From positions 434,001-498,000 of the forward strand of contig CM039002.1 in NCBI GenBank assembly GCA_017499595.2: a stretch of 64,000 nt of DNA, read 5' to 3'. The position numbers and the translations under genes are program-made. The notes under the pieces are model-generated. The model was not told where the DNA came from, searched no databases, and saw only the letters and a program-made list of their open reading frames with translations. The DNA comes from Psilocybe cubensis (Eukaryota). Positions 1-14,587 of the stretch are shown here, piece after piece (within the stretch, counting starts at the first letter, position 1; the number at the start of each line of letters is the position of its first letter).

Positions 1-2011
1 GGGTAATGGGGCCGAACTTACCAGTCAGCCGTCATGAAATCTTCTGACTGTACAGCTCTGAGAGCGATAACCTAATCCATTAGGTGTGAAGAGGGACAAA
101 ATATCAGTAAGCATCATAATTTTGAATAGGATACGGGCCGCAGTTTTGGGCCGTGGAAAGATATCTCAAAGAGGGGCAAACACACCTGCTCGTATGTCCG
201 TAGGTCACCCATGACTCCGACGGCTTTAACTGGCAAAAGAACGGCGAAGGCTTGCGCAATTTGATCGTACAATCCTGCTTTGCGAATCTCTTCGATGTAA
301 ATAGTATCGGCTAACTGAAGAATTCTGACTTGTTCTCTGTTAACCGGACCCAGGATACGAATGGCAAGGCCGGGTCCTGGGAAAGGGTGTCGGCCGACGA
401 GTTGCGCGGGGATTGACAATAGGCGCCCTAGAGCTCGAACCTCGTCTGATGTATGTCAGGATTCTGAATTGCAGGAGACAAAATACAAAAATGAGGCAGA
501 CCTTTGAAGAGCTCTCGCAGAGGCTCGATCAATTTTAGTTTCATATCCTTAAGAAGACCACCGACATTGTGATGAGTCTTAATGGTGGCACTGGGGCCTT
601 TGAAGCTGATACTTTCGATGACGTCGGGGTACAATGTTCCCTGTAGAAGCCATTCGACGCGACCCTTGGCTTCAGCGCCGTTCTTTTCGTCTTCCTCAGC
701 AGCAGCTTCTATTTTCGCAGCCTCTGCCTCAAAAACATTAATGAACGTGTTGCCGATGATTTTGCGCTTCTTTTCAGGGTCTTCAACTCCCTCGAGACGA
801 GATAGGAAGAGGTCAGAAGCGTCAACGACAGTCAGATTGACGCCCAAATCCTTGTTGAGCATCTCATGGACCTGTTTGGCTTCATTCAGCCGCAGGACAC
901 CGTTGTCTACCATAATGGCGTGGAATCTAAGCAATACAGATGTAAAAAAATCCTAGACAAGTTTACAAGAGCACTCACCGATCACCGATGGCTTCGTGCA
1001 TTAATTTCGCAGCGACTGTACTATCAACACCCCCACTAACAGCTCCAATAACTCTTCCCTTAGGTCCACAAATTTCTCTGATACGCGCAATCTCCTTTCC
1101 GATGAATTCTTCCTATAATTTTACGCAGATTCATTTTTGGATCATAAAGAGGAAAGGGGAAACTCGCACCATTGTCCAATGCTTCCGACATCCGCAGATG
1201 TCAAGGATGAACTTCCCAATAACAGCCTTTCCGGTAGGAGAGTGCGTTACTTCAGGATGGAATTGGATACCATATATCGGTTTAGAATTATGCGCAAGGG
1301 CAGCATATGGGGCAGTGGACGTGTGTCCGATGACATGAAAATCAGGAGGTGGCTTCGATAGTTGATCCCCGTGTGACATCCAAACCTGATAACAACTCAA
1401 TCAGCCATAACTTTTAGCGCGATAGGCTAGGCTCACACCTTCATCTCATTTCCTAGACCCTGGAACAACGCGTCTACTGAACCATTTCCGAACGTCGAGA
1501 CGGTGATATCTGCAGAGCCATATTCCCTATGGTCACATTTGGTCACTTCTCCACCAAGGTTCCAAGCAATCTCCTGTAGGGATTCTCGGTCAACAACCTT
1601 TATAACTAATGGATTTGGTTGAAAACCGACCTGAAGCCCATAGCATATTCCCAAAATAGGCACTCCGGCATCGAAAACTGCTGGATCAACATGAGGAGAT
1701 CCCTTGTCGTAAACAGAATACGGTGACCCAGATAGAATGATTCCTTCAAAGACCCAATGAATCGGGTGAAACGACCTTGATCCAGATTGGACGGACCTTT
1801 AGGTTTGAAGTTTACATCTTTTAACAAGGTTGTGCATGGAAGAAGTTCTGCATAAACATTGTGTTCTCTACATCTCCTTGTAATAAGGTGACTGTACTGT
1901 TCGGCATATTATTCAGTGCTCATAGATAAGAAGATCTGAGAGGAAGTAGCGCACCTGAGAGCCAAAATCAAGAATAAGTATCGTATCAAATTGGTCGTGA
2001 ATTTCAGCCAT
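1..2011 (-). CDS. GUA1: GMP synthase (glutamine-hydrolysing), multi-exon, 3' end beyond window
   Basis: Spliced translation [24 protein letters not shown]..., [10 protein letters not shown] (GATase Cys), [74 protein letters not shown] introns between the ORF-track pieces. Confidence 0.97.
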
Positions 2012-5000
2012 TGGTATAGATCCTTCAAATTAACAAAAGAACCTTTTAGTTAGTAGATCTTTTATGTGTATATCAAACACATACTAATAGAAAGATGAAA
2101 AATGAGGTGAAGGATACAGAATGTGATCTTTACGATCGACAAAATGAAAATTGTGATCACATGATTAACCAAACGCGAACAGTCACAGATGTCACATCAC
2201 CGTGTTCCCTTCGGGCCGTCAACTTGAAGTTCCAACTGACTTTCTTTCCTCCCATCACTTGGAAAATATTGTTCTTCAGCGCTCGGATTCAACACCATCA
2301 ATTATTTGCCATCATGGCAAACTTCATCTCTTCCAGGGCGTTATCTACATTCGATGCTTATCACGCACCATCATCTATCTCTGGCGGGACCAATTGACTG
2401 TTGATCGTTGACTCGCTCAGACATTCACCTACTTTTTGTGGCTCCAAATTATCCGTTTCTCAGTGGACTAAATCCTTGGAATAAGGTAGGATCTATGGTG
2501 TTTCATCTCTTAAATCATCGATTTGGACTCTTCCTACTGTTACACTCTCAATCTGCCGAGAATGCTTTTTCTCATTTCGTCGACTCACAGAAGATCTCCT
2601 TAGGACCCCATTAGCTTATGAATGCTAAACATAATAGGACTCCACGCCATTGCTTGACTTTCCATTACCTCCTGTATGTATGACGCTGACACTGGTGTCA
2701 TATCACATCGAATTTTTGCATCGTATGAATTATCCTTGTGTTTAAATTTTCCACTCCAGCAACCATTCGCTCGTTTCCAACTCCCCTTAGCGCCCGACAT
2801 GGACTTCTCGGAAGAAAAAAGTTTCGTTCACCAACTCAGATGGGTTCTACGACGCAAATCCAGCTATACAATCACTCAGGAATTTTCCTCACCTCATATA
2901 GGTATCTACTTGGATACATGGGTATAACAGGTACCTTTGTTGCCTTACGTTACGATGGCGTACTTTGGGCGCAGATGACATAAATTGGCGCACAGTACAG
3001 GTGAATCTGTAGCTGATTTGGGGCCAATCGTACAAATCATCCTACATGTATCTGGTTCAAATGAACCAGTGATACTAATTTCTGTCCTTAAATTATACAC
3101 GCGCGCCTACGAACTGCCGACTCTGTGTGACATTTGCATCGTCGGTCACTTGTATGCCGCGCCGACTCCTTAACGATCTAGGCAAAGCAAAGATGTGGTC
3201 TTCTGTGAGTTATATTTATGAGCTTTGGGTTTGCACATTGTCAGCCTTCATTAATAGCCTAGGAATCTGCACACGAGTTGATTAATATACGGAGGTAAGA
3301 TATGCTAAACATTATTCAATACTCGTACCCATTCCAATGCCCCTTAAGTGAAAGCTGTTGTGAGATAGAGTCGCCTGCGGTTATATATTTGGGCAAAAGT
3401 TGGGCAAAAAATTGTTATCTTTTCATATTCGGCTTCTGCACGCTGCCCGAATCGAAAGCTTTGACCGAAGACATGCCTTCGGCCGGCAGAACATGTTCAT
3501 TGCAGCTTAAAGGGCACGGCGACGCTTACAGTACTTCAAGTTTTGTACGGAAAATGTCTAAAATAAGAAATCATCCGGTATTCTTTATCGTCTCCAATGG
3601 GCTAAAAGTCGGGGAGCACTGGTAACTCTGGACAGGACTCGGCCGGATATATCAAAATAGAAGCCCGAAAATTGCACAAAACTTATAGGCGCTCTCTGTC
3701 CAAATTTTTTAAATTACAAGGCTTGTATAAGCAGCCTACAAGCTATATTTATTTGCATCACACATTTGCAGGCCAAAGGGGATGGTCGTTGACAAAAAAC
3801 ATCATTACAGCATCGAATACGCAATATTTCCATTGTGTGCTATCCTCAGTTCCGTTGAGCCAATCGATGGAGATCGACACTCTAAGTCCATTCCACGAAA
3901 AGATATTGGACCCTGCAAAATCCTTGACTTCCATGTTTTACGGATTCAAAGTGTCCAATGGTATCATAACGGCCCGTCCATAGACTCCACAAATGTTTTA
4001 CATATGTATTTAGGAGGAGAAACGTTAAAAATGCTGAGTACGTACACATCTCTGTTAAGTACAAACTGGAGATCGCCCTTTATATCGTCTCTGATCATTC
4101 GGAAGATGCTGTCCGTTCGATATCATACGGTACCATGGCATTTCAAATATCAAAGGCATATACCGTAGTACACATTGTACAAATATGGTGTTGAACATTC
4201 CAATCTTACTGGCACTCCATAGTCAACTGTGCAAAACTTCACCTTGGCTAGCCGATAAAACGTCCTAGAGGACCGCAGATCAAAATAAAGTTCTTAACAA
4301 AGCGCCGTAGCAGTGTACAGCTAACATACCTTCAACTGCACGACAATTTTCCGTTCTGTGATTCCACTTACAACATGGCCTATTGTGCTGCGATGGGCCA
4401 TCATACTTCTTTTCAATTAAAATTAGAAGACGATCATTGAGATCACGACTTATTTCCAGCAGATAATGGCCACGGGAGACGGCAGCATTGTTTGGAAATA
4501 AAAGGCATACCACAAACAGAGCTTGCAGACCAGAGTCATCTAATTTACTATCGAGTTCCACACTATCGATTGAAGTCTCCATAAAAGGTATTTGTAATTG
4601 CAGATAAGAATTACGAAGAAAGGATGTAACTCAGGTCTAATGTATAGTTCTGTCAGTGTTGTTTGATTTACGCAGCCACTCGATTTACGCAAACTCATAG
4701 TTGTCAGAGTCTGCAGTATCTTCTACCGATGGGACTAAATTGAAAGGTACGAACACGTACACTCAGGGTCTCCACGTGGATTTCGATGCCATCATTTGCA
4801 GAGACTAACACGCGTTGGGCAAAATAGCCTTAAAAGGAGAGTCTACAATGCCAAGAGTTCTATTTTGCGGAGTTCTAAATCGGAGATGGAAAGACAATAA
4901 TACTCGCGGGATGATCGCGGGGTTTTCCCCAGAAACCTTCCCTGAGACGGCATGAGCGGAAGGTTCTGAATCTCCTTGAATCCCACTACTTGCAATAGCA

Positions 5001-7729
5001 GTGACAATATCCGGATGTCAGAAGGAATGCAATGTGGGTTGTGGTCACCTGAAGATGTAAGTTTATGTTAAGGGAGGTCTCTGGAAGTCCAGATACGAGG
5101 AGCGAGGAGCTGTGACTCGCCTGACACTACGAGCTGACGTCGCTATTCTTCTGTTTTCCGATAATTCTATAGCGAAGTCGGAATAGTGTGGGTGACTTTG
5201 AAAGCTTTATCTCTTCGCTCTATCATTCTCTCCATCCAAAAGGTTTTGTGGCCGCTCTTACCATGGACTTAGAGGAGGCGCGTCGGCTGCGAGAGGGGAA
5301 TAGGCGGGCGGTACCGCTAGGGGGAAGCGCGCCGTGTTCGATTAGATTGTTCCTTTATAATCGAAGCCTTTTAATTTGCTATTGATAACGGGAGAATTGC
5401 TCTAAGCCATGGACATCAGGGCATACGGACTTGACGAGTGATGTAAGTGGGTGGGGAGCGCTGTCCAAACTGCCTTGTAATATATATTCCCCACATCCAT
5501 CACCTTCGCGAACAATGGCTTTTGTGAAGCCCACGGACTTCAGGGCTGTACTTTTGTCTAATGTGGGTGCCAGTCGCGTACTTGTAGATAAGCCGAGGAA
5601 CCCAACACGAAACATCATCCCTGATTCCAAGCGTCGATCGCGACTGTACATTGCGCAGAGGTTACATCGCCGCAGCTTCCTGTATTTCTGTGCGTAGGTA
5701 CTACGTTGAACAAAATACTACACAACTGAAAACAGCTTTCGTTGACAAAGTGATATCATCGATGACATCCGCTGCGAATCTGTTAATTGGTGTTGTATTT
5801 TTACGTGCGTAGTGATGCTCGAATTACAAGCTGTGTTTGGCACAACACATATACCTATGCCGACAAAGTATCCTACAATCGTAAAGTCACAACATCAAGA
5901 GCGCGATAACAATGCATGACACTTTGATCAAGCGGGTCGACTGGTTAGCCAGCCGCGTAGCCACGCGCTCACCCCCACGGTCGCCAAACAGTCATTGTCC
6001 TCCCGCCTTTTCCCATAACGCGAAACTGCTCTAGATCACTGCCAATTTCGACAGATGCAGAGCGCTTTTCAAACAGATATGTATCGCACCAAATATACGC
6101 AGACGCGGAGCGATTGGTTAAACATCTTGACTAACCAATGGTTATGCTCAATGTCTTGAGCAGTCACCAGAATTATGTATTTCACTAGTATAAACATCGT
6201 AATGGAATTTATTGTGCTCCTCCACATAATGATATAATAATCTAATGCCTCTGTTCCAACTCAGTATTTGGACAGTTTCATTTGGGAGTCCGGTAAAATC
6301 CTAATTTGGGGTAAGGCATTATTCATGAGTGGAAACAATTCAGTATACTACGAATAATGCGTTGCAGTAAAGGTAGCTGATTAGGTAGCGTTTTGCATTA
6401 TTGAGAAGAGGGCGGCTGGCTTTCGAGCCGTTAGGGCCTTTGCGTGCGAAGCGGGTGCATGCCACTTTGCAGCATTGACAACCATCCGCCCTCGTCGACG
6501 GACACAAATAGGCAGCGGATTGAATATAGATCGCATCATCACAGCGACCTGATCGCCTGCAGTACCCTTCCCCATTTAGTTCGGCGCATTCCTAGGATTC
6601 AAAGCTATTGTAGGGTGCCTCATTTCTAACCTCACTTTAAGGTCACACTCATTAACGGCATCAAGCCCAGCCGGATACATGCTCTGAGGAAAGGACGCAG
6701 CAGTTGTATTTCCATGATTTGGTTCTGGCGGCGCGGGAGGCAAGCGGAGCGTTCTGTGCTCGAGGCGGCGTTTGAGGCCTGCCATATTTCAATTTGGTCG
6801 AACGCCCATAAACCTTTGGAGCAGTAAGCGCTCCGTTGTTGGTGGTTAAGCCAAGATTGGTAGAAGTTGGAGGTCCTCTTGATTACGAGATTGCACAGAA
6901 CAGGAAGAGGAACCACAATGCAGCTGCTCCCTTTGTTCAGTGCTAATACAATATCACTCTTCTGCTTTGCCAATTGCCACTCATGTGCTAGGATTTCCAT
7001 TGTTATGCAGAAATCTTGGGTCAGTCAGTTGCTATAGAAAGGACAACATGGACTATAAATAGAACCGAGGTGCAAAGGTGCCAAAGAGGGAAGGAGTATT
7101 ACGTAATTTGGGAGAATCCGACTGGTGGCGGCACTGCACTGGACTCATTCCCGCCATCATCGTCGCCAGGACATGTAACCGATGTGGCCCAACCAATAGC
7201 TACTAGGTGAGGGTGCATTGGTTGAGGATCAAATAGAGGCAGTAACATGGCGCTGCCTGCGCTTGCATGGGGGACTCGCATATTTTCCCCTTTTTTTGTC
7301 CTATTTCCCTTCGAATCGGAAGAGTCTGGCCAGGTGCTCACATACGAGGGAGCAGTTGGATGCTCGATATCTTATCCCATCACCTCCCTAAATGTGCAAA
7401 TCCCACATGTAGGCGACAACCCTGTGTAATCTGGGTTTACAACTCCATAGGGCACAGTGGTAATGTCTCCTTGCTCACTCTCTAGTCGACGGCCGTCATC
7501 GGACTTCCTCGTAAGCATGCACCAAAACTGATCTGAATCTGGTATCTCTGCAAGATCAAACTTGGACATGATCCCGATTTGCTGTGGGAGTGTCAAAGTG
7601 ATTTAGCTTACCCCATTTTGGATACTGATTGGGAGGTCTCCTTCAAGAAACGATATTAAGCAGCGTATCTGGGCCACTTACATTTCTGTATCCCATCCAC
7701 TTCCACCTTCACCTTATCCATTATTACTC

Positions 7730-9209
7730 ATGTCGACGCAAATGTTTTGCAGAGAACGTAGATCGTGGACTGCAAAGGAAGACCAGCTCCTCCGTGAAGC
7801 CGTACAGAAGGGTGCGTACAGTGGTCCCCAGTCCTTTGTCTGTATCGCTCATGTGATATTATAGAGGATCCAGATAACTCCAACCCATCCAAGTGGCATG
7901 CAATTGCCAAACATGTTCCTAACAGAACCAACAAGGACTGCCGCAAGAGATGGTTTGCTAAGATGGCCTCAGACGTTGTGAAAGGAGGCTGGGCACCAGA
8001 TGAGGATGAGAAACTTGTGAAGGGCATCGAGAGATATGGCACTAGGTGAGCTTCAAAACTTTGGGTTTCTATTGTTATAAAATTCTCATCGTGCTTCTTT
8101 AGATGGTCTCTTGTCGCTTCAGTCGTGCAGACACGGAATAGCGACCGTATGTCATCATTTCTTTCCGACTGCGGTTCGGTCGTACTGAGCTCAAGTTTCA
8201 GAATGCGCAAAGCGTTGGACTGATACGCTTAACCCTGCCATTGATCGCACAACATGGTCATCTGAAGCTGTATGTTTTGTCAAGTAACATGTGTTCTTGT
8301 ACATAAACTAAATCTCACGCAGGACGAGCTTCTGCTCCGAGCAGTCAACGAGCATGGAAAAGTTTGGACGAAGATTGTGAAGACTTACTTCCCTGGCAGA
8401 ACTGGTCTTTCTGCCAAGAACAGGTAAGCAGTCTCCTGAACTGTCGCAATCGCTTCCAATTCTCACATGTCCCGGTTCTAGATACAATAGTATCACCAGG
8501 TTCAATTCCGACATAAACCGCTCCAGCAGACCACGACGCAAGTCGTCAATTGACGTGACGCATTACGGTCTCAGCCGAAATAAGTCTGAGAGTAATTCAT
8601 CTTCATCGAGCCCTTCTCCTGAAACACCCTCAATGTCCCTTCCCTTCACCTCAACGTCGTTCTCGTCTATGGACTCAAAGCCCTATCGCTTTGACTCATT
8701 TTCCAACTGGTCGTCATCTTCTTCGGCTACGTCTGATGATGTACCATCTTTCCGGACCTCGCCCATGACATTCGACTACCTGCCGGAGAATGCTACATCA
8801 CCGTCAACACCGTCGACGGACGGTTCGTATCAATCTTACGACATGTCCATGAATCATCAGCTGTCGGCTTTCAGCGATCCTTCTCAGCTCGTCTTCACCG
8901 GCAATGCGTCGCCGATACCTCCCGCCAGCGTTTACAAGAACTTCCACAGTCAACCTCACATTGCCGAGGCACCCAACTACACACCCTATTCTCAATACTC
9001 TCTAAGTCATGGATCAGCACATAGCGAGTTTGGGTTTGATAGCCTTCCCATAGACGCTGGTTCGTCTCTGAGTGGCAACTGGGAGACCAAGACCGCATCC
9101 TCCGCCTATAAATTACCAATAACAACTAACGAATTTTCGGTGAGCACGAGTTCTGCGCGTTCCCTCACGTTAGCAATATACTGATCGTATCTTCTAGTAT
9201 GTATTCTAG
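7730..9209 (+). CDS. Three-repeat Myb/SANT DNA-binding transcription factor with Ser-rich C-terminus
   Basis: Spliced: RSWTAKEDQLLREAV...SKWHAIAKHVPNRTNKDCRKRW; GGWAPDEDEKL...RWSLVASVVQTRNSDQCAKRW; TTWSSEADELLLRAV...WTKIVKTYFPGRTGLSAKNRY; last intron 9140-9197, stop TAG 9207-9209. Confidence 0.9.
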
Positions 9210-12200
9210 ATTCCCCTTTGTTTTGTTCTCATACTGCCTCGCTTGGGCAGTTGTAAAGTAGCCGAATGACAATTCAATCCGTAGAGTATTTGGATGAATT
9301 ACCCTGCCGGTCATGGATTTCTTGGAACATGATCACCCTCATTAATTCCAGTATCTGTAGAACTACCTTGTATAAAAGCAAAATGCGCACCCCATTGCAC
9401 AGCGCACTGTAATAGACATTTTTCACAACACTTTACGGCGGCGAGACTTTGTAGACTGTGTGATGCGGGACTCAACAGGTACCGATACGTAACAGGCTTC
9501 TGATTCTTTTTTTGCTCATCCAATGAGTGTGTTTTCGGTACTAAAAGAACGAATTCATGGAAAGGGGCCACATTGTGACCACCCTGGGAACGCGAGAACA
9601 ATGACGTGGGTCGTTTTTGGCCTCCTCGCATGTCGTGTTTGTTTCATGCTTGTTGTGCGCGTCCATGATTCTCCAAAAGTCAAGACAGAAAGATAAAACC
9701 ATCTGCCTTGATGCCGGCGCGGCGCGCGCTGGTGAACGTCCTGTCACTTATGGCTACCAAGGCGAACATAGATTCCAGATGCCCTGTACCGCCCTCAGTG
9801 ATAGAAATGGGGGCGCCAATCATCTCAATCACACGTGAGTCTGCAGCTCTCATTACTGAGCCTATCTTACAAAACATTCGTGACCTCTTCAAGCATTCTC
9901 GTGATTGTAGCATCAGTCTTCAGAAAAGCCATGTCTGCTGTGAGCCCGCTGTGCCCAAGTTGCCAACACGGAACACATTCCTATCTCGCCACCGTTTGCA
10001 ACCGGAATTACGGCTGATACTATCCGTATGTTGTCGTGCGGGATGCCTTCGGTCTGTACTAGTATCGGCTTCCATCCTGGGACTACGGACATACAATCGG
10101 CCTTCATAGTTCAAAACATTCAAAAGCACTGCGTCCACAACCAAATCAGGGATCTATAAATAGCGCCTTCACCGGAGGTTTACATACTTGACTTTCTTGA
10201 CCAAGAAATCGTGAATGACTACTCCAACTTCCATGGCTGGTACCAAATAAGCCTCTCAGGCCGACTCCGGCGAGTCTTAATATTTCGCCGTGGGCTGCGT
10301 CCCGTAGGTATCGGCTTCGGATGTGAAGGATCGTCCCTCCCTTATTGCGTTTCTTGTTCATTTGGGCCCGCACGCACAAGGCACCGACAACACGGGATAT
10401 GACGGTCTCGTACCTTCCATTACCCCAGAACCTAATTGCAAATCCCTTAATTGGCCGTAAGGGTGAAATAATATCTTATTATAGTAAGTGGTGCGCTGAT
10501 GTTCGCGACATAGACACGCCAAGATGGTCAACAGCAAGAACTGAATCATCCGGAATGTGGCTTTGGCCGTACAGAAGTAATATATCCGTAAAATACTAGG
10601 TGTTCATGTTAGTATTGAAAATGACAATACCCTGTGGCAAGGGATGTTTGATACCTTCTCTGGGCCCTTACGATTTTTCGCCCGTACTGCTCGCTTTGAT
10701 TCAAGAAGGTCAACAGAACAGTGCCGTCAAAATTGTTCCGCTAGCCTTCACATGAAAAGAAGGCTTGAAGATCTCTTGATCAAAAGTTGAGTGATTAAGT
10801 TGTATGTCTTTTCCGTCAACTGGATCCACTGCCTTCAATAAGATTTGCGGAAGTCGGAAAGGACTCAGTTAAGTTCGGGATGGTATTAATTCGTTATCCA
10901 CCATGAGCGGGAATACGATGGTATCATAATAGAACGGATTTCATACAGATTTCCACAAAAGCACACTGATTCCACGACCATCTATAGCGTCCGTGGGGGT
11001 GAAAAGAGCAAAGAGCATTAACATCCGAGAGAATCGCGCTATATCCCTCGGGAGAATCCACCACAACCACACATTCTTAGGGCGATAGTGCTTCAGTTAC
11101 TTAAAAATTCTATTTAGGTAGAGGCACGGGAACAGATATGATACTGTCTGAGAATCCAGTACTCTTCACTGCCATGATGTCAATAAGAGCAGAAAATAGC
11201 AATTTTCATAGACGGGCGAAGTGATACTCCGCTTGTTTTTGAAAGAATGTTGCAAGCTTCCTGTCTAAAAGGCTTCTGGAGTAGGTGCGATGGGGTGAGG
11301 CGCACAACAGCATGATCAAAAAAGTGTTCAAGTCGTCTTTCTAAAATCTCAAGAAGATGGTTAGATTTAGAATCCAGATTGAAAGGACGATTTTAATATG
11401 TCTGCAGATAATATTGTTAAACCTTTGCACACAAAAATCGGGTGGAGTGCTCATCAGTGAGACTGTGGTATAGAACTGCCATGTTACACACATAGAGGTT
11501 GGAAGTGAAGTGTGTTACAGATGTAAGGGGAAACAATACACTTCAAGCTTTTGCATCATTCAGATCGTGAAAGTTTGACGTGGTGGGGGTGATCTGAAAA
11601 CCGACCTGTAACAGCTGTTAGTCGGGAACTGTAATTATCTACCGTAGAGCGCGAATACGTGGAAGGTTTCAGCGATCCCGATGTCAAGTTCAATCGCCGA
11701 GAATTGCAGGGATCCGACCCTGCCAGTGTTATTGGCATCCATTGAGTCTCCAGCAGTTGCATCCGTTCGATCAAGTATTGGGAAATCGTCAATACTTGCT
11801 TGCCATCTGCTACTGGATTCCCAAGAGGCCTGCCACCGGCCAGAAATATGTCCCAAAATACATTCGTCCGCCGATCCTCCGAAGCGAGAAGACGGAAAAT
11901 AGGTCATGGGGTTACATGGATGGGCTTTGGAAGGCCTCATGAAATCCGATTCTTTAGGGAGCAGCAGTTAGGATTGGGAGCGGCATTCGTTGCTGATAAG
12001 AGGAGCATAATTAGTACATAATAGAGATGGTTATAGCTGGGATCTGAAGGCGGGATACTTATCATCTCTTTTCAAGCCCAGCGCAGGAGGATTGAGCTCA
12101 GAAATACTTTACCGGATTACGTACTTGCCTAATGCGGTAAACATCCCATGCGCTCGACGACGTCAGAGTCTAATCAACGTTGACTGGTGACCAATTGCCA

Positions 12201-12764
12201 TTACTATGTCCCGTCCGCGGGCGACTGGTGCTGTCCATTGACAAGTTGTACCAAACTATTAACCTGTCTTTGAAGGTATGTCTATCCATTGTACGACATA
12301 GATTGATGTTGGACTTACACATCACACTGGTGCCACGCTGGAGCTACAGAAATTTTTATTCCCTGGATGTTGACATCGTGGTTTGTGCGCAGTCTGCCAT
12401 GTCTATCTATCGTCGTCCATTAATGAGCTAGATATACACACATAACGACACTCGAGAATTACCGGGGAGCACAGAGAGGCGGGATGCCAAGCTTGGGGAA
12501 TTTGCGGAGCTCCAGTGAAGCTCTTAGGTTCTACGCCTTTGATTAAAATCAAATCATCCGACCCCTAATGCTGGCCTCCTATATTTTCTGGCGCTTTCGC
12601 GGTTGGTCACGACCGTAATCCTGAAAAACCGACGGTCCTTCTTCGGTGAAAGTGCCGGTCCGCTAAAGGGCGGGAGAAGAGATTTAAAAGATATTATGCG
12701 TTGTCGCCATCGATCTCTCTATCTTTCTCCTTTTTACATCCAAACGGACGCATCGTAGTCCACA

Positions 12765-14587
12765 ATGTCTGAATTTGAACCAGTTTCTTTGACTCTCAAA
12801 CCCTCTCCCACACAGTCAGTGGCAATCGAGGTACGAGACCTTCTAAAGCCTGTGGCAGCCGCTAACTTTTGATTGTGATACGCAAAGATCCTTCCTCATG
12901 GTCTCACTATTCACAGAGTTTTAGTGGAGACTGACGGCCGTGTGAGTTCCAACCTTTGACCGTGTGGGACTATGGAGAACTTTTGTTGAACATGCTTCAG
13001 ACACATGACATTGTTATTGGCCCAGAAGAGCCACAAGGACATCTTTCCCAAAAGTACACAAACACGGTGGTTGGGAGATACGCGAATAGGGTCCCTGTCG
13101 GTACTCATACGTTGGAGCGAAACGGGGTCAAAAGCGAATTTTCTGCACAATCCAATGGTATGGGTGCTCCAATTTCCAATCCAACTTACACTCAAGTGTT
13201 CTTTTTCCCACCAGAATCTCCACAAGTTTCTCTGCATGGCGGACCGGTTGGGTTTGACGCTGTGCCTTGGACTTTACTGTCATCGGAGAATCCTCCTCAA
13301 CTATTCTCCAAGGCGGAGTTGAGCCGCTTGAATAAATTATCAGAAACTTCCTCTTCATTCGCCGTTTTTCAACTACAATCTCCTGACGGTGATCAAGGCT
13401 GTCCGGGTTCATTGACAGCCGAGGTCTGTATCGCTCTCATAGGGCCCGACAACGCTCTAAAGCAGGAAAATGTAACGACTACTGAGAATGCCTTGGGCAG
13501 TATCGTCATTATTTACCGTGCAAAATTGAATGGCGAAACAAAAACTGTTACTCCAGTTAATCTTACACAAGTATGTTTTCCATCTGCCAAGAATCATCTG
13601 AAGAGGAATCTCATTGCAGTAAATCGATTTGTGTAGCACTGGGGCTTCAATTTGGAGGCCAGTCTGCAGGATGGCCCTGAATCGCTTCTGGTGAAAAACC
13701 ACGCGCTCACTATCAAGGTCGGTTCTTTTATACATTTATCGACTACAAGTTGGATAAAAAAAATTGTTGAACTATCATCTGCAGGCCGATCATGTTGCTG
13801 AACTTGGTTCGAATGCTCTTGCCACTGGTAACTTCATCCCTGTTTCGACTGTTCCCGCCCACGACCACAGTGGCAAACTCATTGGAAGCGAGATGCCTAA
13901 TTCCGGCTATGGTACATTCCTCTCGTCCGCATGTAACGCCGCCTTATCTTACCAGCGATGCCTAGATGATTACTATCTATTCGAAGATAAAGCCAAATCC
14001 TCGATACCAACTCGGATACCTTCGGTTTCATTCAATGAACAGTCCGACTTTCTGGAAGATCTGCTTCGGCCCGCAAACGACGAGAATCGAGGAAGTCGTC
14101 CGGAGCCTTTGGCAACGTTATCATCTGCAAAGTCTGGTCTCAAGCTTGAGTTTGATAGCAATCGTCAGTCCACCTTTGCATCATCAACCTTTTCTATGAC
14201 GCTCAAAATATTCATAAGAGCACGGCGTGATGTTCTATTCTAACGCAATGGCTAGCGTAACCAAAGGAGCGCGAAAGAAGATTCACGGCGGCTCCGGAAT
14301 CACTGGTCACGGCGATGCTTATGGTCCAGGAAGTATGTATTGTAGATTTAGTCTTTCCGCCATGCTGTGCTCATCTAATTCTCTTTAGCCGCGGTGTTTC
14401 TAGAGTTCCACAATGTGAGTTTTATGAATTCTTACTGAACGCCCACTTGGTAACTTAACACATGATTTAGCCTATCGCGGCGTTCTTGCATCCAGCGAAT
14501 AAGGACGGCGAAGACACACTTCTCACATCTGACGAGGTGTATCATAACTACGTCCGTGCTGACATCAAGGCTCATGCCAAGGCATAG
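12765..14587 (+). CDS. Aldose 1-epimerase / galactose mutarotase-like protein, multi-exon
   Basis: Motifs VVGRYANR, SLHGGPVGFD, SPDGDQGCPGSL, TPVNLTQ|HWGFNL, GY|DDYYLF, AVFLEFH; ATG 12765, stop TAG 14585-14587. Confidence 0.9.

Noticed and set aside
2300..5700. Short ORFs and splice-like signals divergent from GUA1 and on the minus strand
   Set aside because: Could not assemble a stop-free spliced frame or recognise any motif; may be a decayed gene or lncRNA but unsupported
1..9209. Myb factor near GMP synthase as a Bas1-like purine regulon cluster
   Set aside because: Myb repeats alone do not establish Bas1 orthology, and no convincing TGACTC cluster lies in the GUA1 promoter
9500..12450. 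Many overlapping 60-130 aa ORFs
   Set aside because: No recognisable domain or consistent exon chain
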